Shown: positions 17,911-26,985 of the stretch, piece by piece
Layout of the letters: every line of letters begins with the position of its first letter
How positions within the stretch are numbered: position 1 is the first letter of the stretch
NCBI GenBank assembly: GCA_963846425.1
Contig: CAWJVW010000007.1
Location: forward strand, 168,649-232,648
Direction of reading: 5' to 3'
Length of the DNA stretch: 64,000 bases
Origin: an uncultured Acidobacteriota bacterium
Lineage (GTDB): Bacteria; Acidobacteriota; Vicinamibacteria; Vicinamibacterales; UBA2999
Position numbers and translations under genes: made by a program
The notes under the pieces: generated by a model
What the model was told of the DNA's origin: nothing
The model's database searches: none
Seen by the model: only the letters and a program-made list of their open reading frames with translations

Positions 17911-19174
17911 CCAGCCTCCGCCAAGGCTTCGGCGGTCCGCCGTAGCTTTGGCGAAGGCGGAGGTCCCGAGCTGCCTACTGATTGCCCTGCTTGCAAGCGC
18001 CGTCCAAGCGTCAGCACAAACGACGGCGATCAGGTTTGGCCGACTCTGGGATGGCGAGCGCGTCGTCAGTAACGCGGTGGTCGTCGTTGAGGGCGACCGG
18101 ATTGTCCGTGTCACCGAAGGCGGCCCAAGTCCAGCCGGTGCGACGATTGTCGACTTGTCGCGCTATACGGGGTTGCCCGGTCTGATCGATGCGCACACGC
18201 ACATCACGTACTACTGGGATCGCGCGCCGGGGACACGACCGCGGGGCCAACGACGTCTGCCGGCGGTCACCGTCTTTCTTGCGCAAGAGAACGCCCGCCG
18301 CACGCTCGAAACCGGCGTCACGACCGTCCGTGATCTGAACGCCAGCAACGACATGGACTTTGCGATGCGCCAGCTCATTCTGGATGGTGCGATGGTCGGG
18401 CCGCGCATACTCGCATCCGGGCCGGGACTTTCCGTCCGCGTCGGTGATCACCCGAGTCTGGAAGCCTTACGGACGCTGGTCGAAGATCGTGTGAAGGCGG
18501 GCGCCGACTGGATCAAGGTCTTCGGATCGCGCGGCGGTTTCGACAACGTCGACGGGACCCAAACTGTTTCGTTCGACGAAATGCAAGCGATCGTCGACGC
18601 TGCTCACAAGCTGGGTAAACCGGTCGCGATTCACTCGTATGGCCCATCAGGCGTCAGGGACGCGGTACGAGCGGGCGCAGATTCCATCGAGCACGGAGCA
18701 GACCTGGACGACGAAACGATCACGGAGATGGTGAGGCGCGGCACCGTCTGGGTGCCGACGGTTGATCACAATCGGTACTACATCGACGCAAAAGCTGAGT
18801 ACGGATTCGCGCAGGGCTCGGAGGGGCTCTTGAAAGACTACATCGAGCGCAACGTTGCTTCGCTCAGACGTGCAATTGCAGCGGGCGTTCGGATCGCGAT
18901 GGGCTCCGACGCCGTTTACTCGATGTTCGGAGAGAACACACGCGAACTGAGTTGGTTCGTGAAGGCGGGGATGACGCCCGCGCAGGCCCTCGAAAGCGCG
19001 ACCGTCGTGCCCGCGCGACTCTTGAGACTCGACAAAGAGCTCGGTCGCGTCGTGCCCGGATATCACGCCGATCTCGTCGCGGTCGAAGGCGATCCGCTCG
19101 AGCGCATCGACGCGCTGATCGCAGGCGTCCAATGGGTCATGAAGGGCGGAAGGGTCGTCGTCGACAAGCGTTGA
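17885..19174 (+). CDS. secreted metal-dependent amidohydrolase (imidazolonepropionase / Xaa-Pro dipeptidase-like)
   Basis: LPGLIDAHTHI, IHSYG and a HADLV-type C-terminus. Signal CLLIALLASAVQASA|Q. Start uncertain: ATG 17885 or TTG about 17948 inside the repeat. Confidence 0.7.
   Translation: MRWRDRGTNQPPPRLRRSAVALAKAEVPSCLLIALLASAVQASAQTTAIRFGRLWDGERVVSNAVVVVEGDRIVRVTEGGPSPAGATIVDLSRYTGLPGLIDAHTHITYYWDRAPGTRPRGQRRLPAVTVFLAQENARRTLETGVTTVRDLNASNDMDFAMRQLILDGAMVGPRILASGPGLSVRVGDHPSLEALRTLVEDRVKAGADWIKVFGSRGGFDNVDGTQTVSFDEMQAIVDAAHKLGKPVAIHSYGPSGVRDAVRAGADSIEHGADLDDETITEMVRRGTVWVPTVDHNRYYIDAKAEYGFAQGSEGLLKDYIERNVASLRRAIAAGVRIAMGSDAVYSMFGENTRELSWFVKAGMTPAQALESATVVPARLLRLDKELGRVVPGYHADLVAVEGDPLERIDALIAGVQWVMKGGRVVVDKR
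17902..17964 (+). repeat. 62-nt GC-block element, copy A
   Basis: CGGGACTAACCAGCCT.CGCCAAGGCTTCGGCGGTCCGCC.TAGCTTT.GCGAAGGCGGA.GTC, identical to 56341-56403 except at 4 positions. Confidence 0.85.
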
Positions 19175-19224
19175 GGCTTTGATATCATCAGTTTTTCACC
19201 ATTACTCAGAACAGGAGACTTGCA

Positions 19225-19908
19225 ATGACCGCACTTGCAGGGAGTGGCCCACTCCCCATTGGCGCCGACGCGCCCGATTTCGAAGCCACCACTACCCAGG
19301 GTCCGATTCGCTTTCACGAATGGCTGGGGAATTCCTGGGGCATCCTGTTTTCGCATCCCAAGGACTTCACACCGGTCTGCACAACAGAGCTCGGTTACAT
19401 GGCGAGCATCAAGCCGGACTTCGACAAGCGGAACGTCAAGGTGATCGGCCTCAGCGTGGATCCGGTCGACAGGCACGAGGGATGGTCGAAGGACATTGCC
19501 GAAACGCAGGGCCATGCTCCCAACTACCCGATGATCGGCGATCCGGAGCTCAAGGTCTCCAAGCTCTATGGCATGCTGCCGGCCACAGCTGGAGAGACGT
19601 GCGAAGGACGAACCGCTGCCGATAACGCCACAGTCCGCAACGTCTACGTCATCGGCCCGGACAAGAAGATCAAGCTCGTACTGTCGTACCCGATGAGCAC
19701 CGGGCGCAACTTCGACGAGGTCCTCCGCGTCATCGACTCACTGCAACTCACCGCCAAGCACAAAGTCGCGACGCCGGTGAACTGGAAAGATGGTGACGAT
19801 GTGATCATCCTGCCTGCGGTGTCCGACGAGGAGGCCAAAGGCAGGTATCCGGAAGGCTGGCGCGCGCCGAAGCCGTACCTTCGGATCGTGCCGCAACCGC
19901 GCGGTTGA
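19225..19908 (+). CDS. 1-Cys peroxiredoxin (Prx6 family)
   Basis: FSHPKDFTPVCTTELG active-site motif. Length 227 aa. Confidence 0.9.
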   Translation: MTALAGSGPLPIGADAPDFEATTTQGPIRFHEWLGNSWGILFSHPKDFTPVCTTELGYMASIKPDFDKRNVKVIGLSVDPVDRHEGWSKDIAETQGHAPNYPMIGDPELKVSKLYGMLPATAGETCEGRTAADNATVRNVYVIGPDKKIKLVLSYPMSTGRNFDEVLRVIDSLQLTAKHKVATPVNWKDGDDVIILPAVSDEEAKGRYPEGWRAPKPYLRIVPQPRG

Positions 19909-19912
19909 GCTC

Positions 19913-19947
19913 CCTGACGGGCGCGCGCACTTGCGCGCGCCTTCAGG
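19913..19947. terminator. GC-rich hairpin between convergent genes
   Basis: GGCGCGCGC-ACTT-GCGCGCGCC 9-bp stem extended by CCTGA/TCAGG. Lies 5 nt after the peroxiredoxin stop. No clear U-tract. Confidence 0.55.
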
Positions 19948-19998
19948 CATCGTCGTCGTTGCCGTCCCCCGTAGGGTCTTGCCTCGGATTTGAAAGTT

Positions 19999-21918
19999 CT
20001 ATCGCTGGACGAACTGCAGCGGTACGTCGTTTGTGATCTGTCCGTCCGAAAAAAAGCGGACGATCAGACGTCCGCTAGCCAAATCCTCTCGATCCTTTGC
20101 AGACAGTGTGATGTGTCCCGCCAACGGCTGCCCCGCTGCGAACAATCGATGCCGCGCGGCACCGGGCTTGTCCGGCTTGCCGGCATGAATCCAGATCGCC
20201 GCCAACGCCTCGCGGCGGTCTGGCTTCTCGAGCGTGACGGCATAGGTCAGTTGCGACGTCGTACCGTCAAAAGTCAGGTTGACCGATGAACCGCGAAACG
20301 CGACCGACGTGGTGCGGGACGCGGGCGCCTTGCCACCAACCAACGCCGGTGTGCTGAACGGCGGTCGGCGCAGGTCGAGTGTCTGCTCGATGGCATACCC
20401 CAGTGAAAGCAATGCCTGTTCGGTAAACGGTCCACCGAGCAAATCCATGCCGACCGGAAGGCCGTCATCGCTGAAGCCGGCCGGCACTCCAAGCGCTGGC
20501 AGCCCGGAATGCGCGCTCACCTGGCAGTTCGTTCCGCCCTGGGCCTCGCCAATGCGCGCAGGCTTGCGACGCAGCGTGGGATAGATCAACGCCACCAGCC
20601 GATGCTCGTCGAGGACGGTTTCGAGTGCAGTTCGTAGGGCGCCACGTTTGATCCGCGCGCGACGTGCTTGATCGGTCTCGCGCGACTCGACATTGTTGCG
20701 GGCGCGGAATGTCGCTTCGAGCGCGCTGTGATACAAACCACGGTCCAGAATCTCACCGAGTGACTTCACCGGCGGATTCCCGGCACCCGCAAGGTACTCC
20801 GCCAGATCGAACTTGAAGTCGGCGTTGATCATCGAGCCGTCGCGCAGCAGGTCCTCGAGTCCCGGAACCGTCACATCAGTGACCTCGGCGCCTGCCTTTT
20901 TGAGGCTGTCCAACGCGCGCTGCACGATACCGGTGACTTCCTGGTCCTCGGCGGCGGTCCCGAACAAGCTGCGGATCACACCGATGCGAGCTTCCTTCAA
21001 CACGTCGGCAACAAGCCCTTCGCGATACGACTTCGAGATGTGCCCGGCGCTGACAGACGTCGGCGGGTCGGCGGGGTCTGGACCAACTGTTGCGTCGAGC
21101 ATGATGGCCAGGTCAGCGATCGTGCGGGTGATGGGTCCACCGATGTCCTGCGTGCTAGACAGGGGCACGATGCCCGTGCGGCTCGACAAGCCTTGCGTTC
21201 CTCGCAGGCCGACGAGGTTGTTGTGCGACGCAGGATTCCGGATCGAGCCGCAGGTGTCACTCCCCATGCCGCTCGCCGCAAAATTCGCGGCAACTGCGGC
21301 ACCAGTGCCGCCGCTCGATCCGCCCGGGTTGCGATCGAGATCATACGGATTTCTGACCTGGCCGAACCGGGAACCCACGCTGGTGATGCCAGCCGCAAGC
21401 TCGTGCATGTTGGTCTTACCCAGGATGATCGCACCAGCCTCTTTCAATCGCTTGACTTGATACGCATCACGCTCGGGATGAAAGGTCGCCAGTGCGATCG
21501 AACCCGCCGACGTGGGCATCTCAATCGTCTCGTAGTTGTCCTTCACGAGCACGGGGATGCCGTGCAGAGGCCCACGCGGTCCTTTGCTTACCCGTTCGGC
21601 ATCGAGCGCGTCTGCGGCTTCGCGTGCGCGGGGGTTGAGAGCAACGATGGCGTTGAGCGCCGGCCGCTGCTGGTCGTAGGCGGCAATGCGGGCGAGGTAA
21701 ATCTCGACGAGCTGCCGCGACGTCACCGCTCGTGCCGCCAGCGCGCGCTGGAGGTCTTCAATCGACTTCTCCATCGGATCGAACGTGGTGAACGGCGCCT
21801 CGGAGACTGGTTTCCTCGACTGGCTGTCCAGCGGCAAGGTGGCGGTGAATATGGAGATCGCCACCACGAACGGAGGGATTGGGAACCTCGAGCGACGAAA
21901 ACCCGACGAAATCCACAT
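19999..21918 (-). CDS. secreted amidase-signature (AS) family amidase with a C-terminal extension of about 110 aa
   Basis: LHGIPVLVKDN and GGSSGG motifs. N-terminal hydrophobic signal. C-terminal LAAIWIHAGKPDKPG...LIVRFFSD resembles a CHRD domain. Confidence 0.8.
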   Translation of the reverse strand: MWISSGFRRSRFPIPPFVVAISIFTATLPLDSQSRKPVSEAPFTTFDPMEKSIEDLQRALAARAVTSRQLVEIYLARIAAYDQQRPALNAIVALNPRAREAADALDAERVSKGPRGPLHGIPVLVKDNYETIEMPTSAGSIALATFHPERDAYQVKRLKEAGAIILGKTNMHELAAGITSVGSRFGQVRNPYDLDRNPGGSSGGTGAAVAANFAASGMGSDTCGSIRNPASHNNLVGLRGTQGLSSRTGIVPLSSTQDIGGPITRTIADLAIMLDATVGPDPADPPTSVSAGHISKSYREGLVADVLKEARIGVIRSLFGTAAEDQEVTGIVQRALDSLKKAGAEVTDVTVPGLEDLLRDGSMINADFKFDLAEYLAGAGNPPVKSLGEILDRGLYHSALEATFRARNNVESRETDQARRARIKRGALRTALETVLDEHRLVALIYPTLRRKPARIGEAQGGTNCQVSAHSGLPALGVPAGFSDDGLPVGMDLLGGPFTEQALLSLGYAIEQTLDLRRPPFSTPALVGGKAPASRTTSVAFRGSSVNLTFDGTTSQLTYAVTLEKPDRREALAAIWIHAGKPDKPGAARHRLFAAGQPLAGHITLSAKDREDLASGRLIVRFFSDGQITNDVPLQFVQR

Positions 21919-21962
21919 GCGGCCAAGAATAGCCGACGTCCAAGGTCCGCTACACTCCTGTC

Positions 21963-22796
21963 ATGCGGTCGATCCCGGAGTGGCTGGGCGCTCTCCTGAT
22001 CGTCGTTGCCGTCCTTGCCGTGATCACCTGGTACGTGCGGCAAGTCGAGCCACGAATGGCGTTCTTCCCGCTCGCCGGAGAGGACATCACGCCCCAGTCG
22101 CACGGCCTGGACTATGTACCCGACACGATACTCACAGATGATGGTGAGCGGTTACGCGTGTGGCATGTGCCCCGCGCGGATGCTATCGCACAGGTCGTGT
22201 ATTTTCACGGCAACGGCGGCAATCTCTCGTTGTGGTCGGACGTGCTGGTCGGCCTCTGGCGCCAGGGATTCGACGTCACCGCGGTGGACTATCGGGGGTA
22301 CGGCCTGAGTACTGGCAGTCCCTCCGAGCAAGGCTTGTATCGCGACGTCGATGCCACGCTCCGGTTCCTCGAGCAGCGGCCGCGCCTCGCTGATGTTCCT
22401 TTGATCTACTGGGGTCGATCACTCGGAACAGTGATGGCGGCCTATGCGGCGAGTCGGCGGGCCGCAGACGGTGTGGTGCTGGAGGCCGGGTTCCCCTCGA
22501 TGCGCTCGGTCCTCGAAACCAATCCGCTTTTATGGGTGGTGTCGTGGGCGTCGAGCTATCGAATGCCGACCGCCGAGTGGATGTCGAGCGTCCGGCAGCC
22601 CACTCTCGTCCTGCATGGCGACCGCGATAGCGTCATCCCATATCGCCTCGGGCGGCGTCTATACGAATCGCTCCCCGGGCCCAAGACGTTCGTGACCATC
22701 CCCGGAGGCGATCACAACGAACCGGTCCCCGAAGACGCCGAAAACTACTGGCGTGCGATCCAGGCATTCATCAAGCACCTCCGTGAGCCCACGTGA
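21963..22796 (+). CDS. alpha/beta hydrolase
   Basis: HGNGGN, GRSLGT nucleophile elbow and LHGDRDSVIP. N-terminal TM helix. Confidence 0.75.
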   Translation: MRSIPEWLGALLIVVAVLAVITWYVRQVEPRMAFFPLAGEDITPQSHGLDYVPDTILTDDGERLRVWHVPRADAIAQVVYFHGNGGNLSLWSDVLVGLWRQGFDVTAVDYRGYGLSTGSPSEQGLYRDVDATLRFLEQRPRLADVPLIYWGRSLGTVMAAYAASRRAADGVVLEAGFPSMRSVLETNPLLWVVSWASSYRMPTAEWMSSVRQPTLVLHGDRDSVIPYRLGRRLYESLPGPKTFVTIPGGDHNEPVPEDAENYWRAIQAFIKHLREPT

Positions 22797-22812
22797 ACCC
22801 ATGTGAGGAACG

Positions 22813-23190
22813 TTACTTTTTCATTTGCACCACGATGACTTCCATCGGCTCTTTGCCGCGATTCATGTCACCGTGCTGTTCACCAGCCGGGTCGGGTCCC
22901 AACCAATAAGCTTTGCCACTCTCCCATGTCATCTGCTTCATCGTCTTGCCGTTGGCATCGACGACGTCCAGCGTCCCCCCCTTGAGCGCAACGATGGTCC
23001 GCCCAAGATCGTGGCGGTGCAGTGCCAGCGGCTGGTTCGGCAGAATGATCGACTTCCAGACGCTCACGTGCTCGTTTTCGAACTGGGGCTCCCGTCGCGT
23101 CTGCGCCGCTGGCTGCTGCCAGGCACCGACGCCGATGCCGGCGGCGAATACCACAACCATTGCTCCGGATATCGTCCACTTCGATCGCAT
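22813..23190 (-). CDS. secreted cupin-domain protein
   Basis: Signal peptide plus HRHDLGRTIVALKGGTL and a cupin-like beta-barrel pattern. Confidence 0.55.
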   Translation of the reverse strand: MRSKWTISGAMVVVFAAGIGVGAWQQPAAQTRREPQFENEHVSVWKSIILPNQPLALHRHDLGRTIVALKGGTLDVVDANGKTMKQMTWESGKAYWLGPDPAGEQHGDMNRGKEPMEVIVVQMKK

Positions 23191-23245
23191 CTCAACCTCC
23201 AGAAAGGAAACGCCTCAGAGACACAGAGAGTCAGAGAAAAAAGAT

Positions 23246-23318
23246 CGCCACGAAACCACGAAATCACGAAGATTCATTCGTGGAAGGAATAGCTTCGTGT
23301 CTTCGTGTTTTCGTGGCG
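23246..23318. repeat. tandem-word inverted repeat (CCACGAAA / TTTCGTGG)
   Basis: CGCCACGAAACCACGAAATCACGAAG pairs with CTTCGTGTCTTCGTGTTTTCGTGGCG (23/26). Overlaps the last codons and the stop of the amidohydrolase-2 gene. Confidence 0.8.
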
Positions 23319-24301
23319 TGTTTTTGATTCAACCCCAACAGTTTCGCGGCGTTGCCGCCGAGAATCATCGATTGTTCCTCATCGGTCACGTCGATCTGCT
23401 CAATCGCCTCCAGCATCTTCGAAATGCTGCCAATCTGATGCGGATAGTCGCTGCCGGCCAGGATGTGATCGGCGCCGGCAAAACATATCGCGAAATTGAT
23501 CGCATCGGGATTGAAGTTCACGGTGTCGTAGTAAAAACGCTTGAAGTACTCCGTCGGCGGCTTCGAGATATTGCGACGGCAGTCCGCAAACGCCTCGTAC
23601 CCGCGGTCGCAGCGTTCGGCCAGATACGGCAGTGCGCCGCCCATGTGCGTGAGCGCCCACTTGATCTGGGGATACCGCTCGGGCACTCCCGCGAACACGA
23701 GATGTGCCGCGGCCAGCGTGGTATCGAAGAGAAAGCCGACCAGTGCCGTGAGCCAGTATTCTTCCATGCCCTGCACGCTGGCAGGATGCGCGGGATGAAT
23801 GTAGATCACGGCACCCAGCTCGTTTGCCGTATTCCAGAGTGGCTCATAGACCGTATCGGCTAACGGTGTGCCGTTGACATTGCTGAAGACCATCGCTCCG
23901 GGCAAGCCCAGGTCTTTCATCGCGCGTTCCAGCTCGCCGACAGATGCGGCTGGATCGTTCAGGGGCAAGGTCGCAAGCGCGGTGAACCGCTGCCTTCGGC
24001 GAATTTCGTTCGCAAAGGCGTCATTCACCTCACGTGCCATCGCCACGGCAGCCGTCGCCTCTTCGAAATGCACGCCGGGTGTAGTGAACGTCAGCACCTG
24101 CATGTCCACGCCGTGCTGCTTCAGCACGCCTTCGCGGTAGTCGAGATCGCGGTGACCTGGCACGAGGATGTTGTAGTCCCCCGGATAGTGCAGCCGCGGA
24201 TTCTGATCCTTGTCGTAATCGATCCGGACCCGCGCAGGGCCTTTTTTGACGGCGTTCAGATACTCAGGCGGGTAGTAATGATTATGAAAATCGATTGTCA
24301 T
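23264..24301 (-). CDS. amidohydrolase-2 (ACMSD / LigW-like decarboxylase-hydrolase) family protein
   Basis: IDFHNHYYPPEYL N-terminus, a HP..H metal-ligand pattern and GSDYPH near the C-terminus. Confidence 0.75.
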   Translation of the reverse strand: MTIDFHNHYYPPEYLNAVKKGPARVRIDYDKDQNPRLHYPGDYNILVPGHRDLDYREGVLKQHGVDMQVLTFTTPGVHFEEATAAVAMAREVNDAFANEIRRRQRFTALATLPLNDPAASVGELERAMKDLGLPGAMVFSNVNGTPLADTVYEPLWNTANELGAVIYIHPAHPASVQGMEEYWLTALVGFLFDTTLAAAHLVFAGVPERYPQIKWALTHMGGALPYLAERCDRGYEAFADCRRNISKPPTEYFKRFYYDTVNFNPDAINFAICFAGADHILAGSDYPHQIGSISKMLEAIEQIDVTDEEQSMILGGNAAKLLGLNQKHATKTRRHEAIPSTNESS

Positions 24302-24311
24302 CGTGTTTTTA

Positions 24312-24373
24312 CCGGAGGCCGGAGACCGTGGACCGGGGACCGAACGGCCGGAGGCCGCGGGCCTCGCCGGTCC
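24312..24373. repeat. GGAGACCG/GGACCG word array with an embedded hairpin
   Basis: CCGGAGGCCGGAGACCGTGGACCGGGGACCG, then CCGGAGGCC-GCG-GGCCTCGCCGG. Shares GGCCGGAGACCGT.GACC with 30586-30603. Confidence 0.65.
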
Positions 24374-24393
24374 ATGCGAAGCGTATCACGCCA

Positions 24394-26112
24394 TCACGGA
24401 AACAACGGAGGCGGGACGCGACCCTTGGTCGCTTGCTCGAAGGCGTATGCGAGCTCGATCAGTCGCGGCTCGCTGCACGACTTGCCGGTGAAGCCGACGC
24501 CATAGGGCGCGAGCTTGGCGTCAAATCCGTCGGGAAACGCTGGCGTCGGCGCGTTCGGCACGACACCGAACGGCACGACGATGATTGGATAGCCGGCGCG
24601 GGCGGCAAGCGCGGCGCCCGAACCGCCAGGCGTGAGAATCGCGTCGAGCTTGTGCGCGTCAATCACACCGTCAATGCCACGTGCGCGGCTCAGCGCGAGA
24701 TCCTTCTTGCGATCGGCATCGAAGCGCGCGCGATCGGCGGCGAGGTCCATCTCATCTGAGATATCCAGTCGCGATTGTCCGAATCGCATGGCGCCTGCCT
24801 TCGTGTGCGCGATATTCCACTCGCGAAGTTCAGTAAGCGTCTTAACGGGCGCTGACGCCCCCAGACTCTTCAACCACGCGTCGAAATCACGCTTCATGCC
24901 GTACTTGAAATTCACCGAGCATCCGGCATCCTTGCCTTTGCTTTGATCGCCGCCCGAACAGTAATCCCACAACAGAAAATTGCTCGTCGCGTCCTTGTCC
25001 ACGAAACTGGGGACATCCGTTGGATCCACCACCACCGCGCCGTGCTGCTTGAGCACGGCGATGGCGTCAGCCATGACTTTGGCCTGTTCCGGATTGAGGC
25101 CACCGCGCGGCCGCTCCTCGCCGGAGAGAGTGATGCGGTCGTAGTAGAAGGCGCGAGGAATGCCAATCCGCGCGCCCTTGAGACCGGTGGCGTTCAAGAA
25201 CTTCGTATAGTTCCGCCCGGGCGGCGGGGTGCATGTCCGGGTCGCCGGGTCGTTCGGATCGGCAGTGTCGCCTTCCAGCGCGCCAAGCATGATCGCGGCA
25301 TCGGCCACTGTGCGCGTCATCGGCCCGGCCGTATCGTGATCGGCGGTAATCGGGATGACGCCATACCGGCTGATGCGGCCGATCGTGGGGCGGATGCCGA
25401 CGAGCATGTTGGCGTTTGACGGACTAATCACCGAACCGCCCGTGTCCGACCCGACGCTCGCCGCCCACAAGTTGGCGGCGGTGCCGATGCCGGAGCTCGA
25501 TCCGCCAGTCGAGAGGGCGGGCCGGCCGTCAAAGGTGGCCTCACGTGGATCCGTGCGAGGGTCGTAGGGATTGAACGCGAAGCCGCCGACGGCGTTGTAG
25601 TTGCCCGGCATGGGATTGGGCGCCCCAGCAACCCAATTGGCGAGCTCGGTGAGGCCAGTCTTGGCCAAGATGATCGCGCCAGACGCGCGAAGGTTGCTGG
25701 TCAGTGTCGCTTCGTACGGCGGCACATACCCCGCAAACGCCAGGGCGCCGCCCGTGGTCGGCAGGTGCGTGGTGTGAATGTTGTCCTTGAGTGCGACCGG
25801 AATGCCATGAAGCGGGCCCCGCACCTTCCCTGCGGCGCGCTCGCGATCGAGCGCCTCCGCCTCTTCAATCGCACGCGGGTTGACGGCAAGCGCGGCGTTC
25901 AGGCGATCTTCATAAAGCCCCAGTCGGGCGAGGTACTGGTCGACGAGTTGCCGCGAGGTCACGCGCTTCGCAGTCAACGCCGCCTGCATTTGCGGAATCG
26001 TCGCCTCCACAACAGAGAATCGTGCAACGTCTGAGTGGCCGCCCTGACCGGTCGCGCCGCCGCCGGTGAAGGCCACCATCGCCACGAAGCTAAGAGCCAG
26101 CAAGCGTCTCAT
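24394..26112 (-). CDS. secreted amidase-signature family amidase (paralogue of 19999..21918)
   Basis: LHGIPVALKDN and GGSSSG motifs. Signal MRRLLALSFVAMVAF. Confidence 0.8.
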   Translation of the reverse strand: MRRLLALSFVAMVAFTGGGATGQGGHSDVARFSVVEATIPQMQAALTAKRVTSRQLVDQYLARLGLYEDRLNAALAVNPRAIEEAEALDRERAAGKVRGPLHGIPVALKDNIHTTHLPTTGGALAFAGYVPPYEATLTSNLRASGAIILAKTGLTELANWVAGAPNPMPGNYNAVGGFAFNPYDPRTDPREATFDGRPALSTGGSSSGIGTAANLWAASVGSDTGGSVISPSNANMLVGIRPTIGRISRYGVIPITADHDTAGPMTRTVADAAIMLGALEGDTADPNDPATRTCTPPPGRNYTKFLNATGLKGARIGIPRAFYYDRITLSGEERPRGGLNPEQAKVMADAIAVLKQHGAVVVDPTDVPSFVDKDATSNFLLWDYCSGGDQSKGKDAGCSVNFKYGMKRDFDAWLKSLGASAPVKTLTELREWNIAHTKAGAMRFGQSRLDISDEMDLAADRARFDADRKKDLALSRARGIDGVIDAHKLDAILTPGGSGAALAARAGYPIIVVPFGVVPNAPTPAFPDGFDAKLAPYGVGFTGKSCSEPRLIELAYAFEQATKGRVPPPLFP

Positions 26113-26161
26113 GGGACGGCTATCTTACGTGCAATACCTTACCTGCGCAGCAGGAACGCGG

Positions 26162-26704
26162 TCAGCAGGTGTAAGGCGTCGGCGGGTTCAACTGGAACTG
26201 TTCGCGCGTCAGCCGGTAGAAGTAGGTGTCTAGGCCATTCAGCTCCCCGCGCCGCTCGAGCTGCATGCCGACGCGCTCGAGCGCCCGGCTCGACGCCTGA
26301 TTCGGGACGTCCGTTGCGGCGACGATCTGCGATCGATTCAAGACCTCGAACACGTACGCGATCACGACGCATGCCGATTCAAAAGCGAGGCCCTTCCCCC
26401 AAAAGCGCGGCCAAAATGCAAACAGCAATTCGGGCTCGCCGGCGGCGGATGGTCTGAACCCGCAGACCCCCATGAACTCGCTGGAATCGGGCGTGCGAAC
26501 GGCCCAGAGACCAAACCCGTGACGCGCAAAGTGGGCGTCGCTGGACGCGACGACCTCCGCAGCTTGCTTCTCAGTGATGACCGTGCCGTCCCACAAGTAT
26601 CTGCGAACGTCCGGATCAGTCCACAGGGCGTGGGTCGTGGAAATGTCTTCCAGACCGATCGGGTCGAGCGTCGTACGCTTGGTTGCCAGGCGGGGTTTGT
26701 CCAC
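26162..26704 (-). CDS. GNAT family N-acetyltransferase (RimJ/RimL-like)
   Basis: GFGLWAV..., FWGKGLA and typical GNAT length and spacing. Confidence 0.65.
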   Translation of the reverse strand: MDKPRLATKRTTLDPIGLEDISTTHALWTDPDVRRYLWDGTVITEKQAAEVVASSDAHFARHGFGLWAVRTPDSSEFMGVCGFRPSAAGEPELLFAFWPRFWGKGLAFESACVVIAYVFEVLNRSQIVAATDVPNQASSRALERVGMQLERRGELNGLDTYFYRLTREQFQLNPPTPYTC

Positions 26705-26715
26705 AGGGCTACCTG

Positions 26716-26982
26716 TCAGGCAAAACGCTTCACCGACCGCTCGCGCGCTTTTCGTGCCTCCTCCTCGCGATTGCGTGGCGGCGCACTAGTCGTCAGCGAG
26801 GTAATGAGCCGGTGGGCGGCCTCGGTGACTTCCTCGATGGCGCGAGTGAACGCCGCTTCGTTGGCGCGCGACGGACGCGTCGTGCCGCTCAATTTGCGAA
26901 CGAATTGGAGCGCCGACGCGCGGATTTCCTCTTCCGTCGCGGGTGGCGCGAAATTAGCGAGTGTCTTGATGTTCCTGCACAT
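26716..26982 (-). CDS. DUF2277 family protein
   Basis: The MCRNIKTL.NF.PPAT N-terminus is characteristic of DUF2277. Confidence 0.65.
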   Translation of the reverse strand: MCRNIKTLANFAPPATEEEIRASALQFVRKLSGTTRPSRANEAAFTRAIEEVTEAAHRLITSLTTSAPPRNREEEARKARERSVKRFA

Positions 26983-26985
26983 TCC

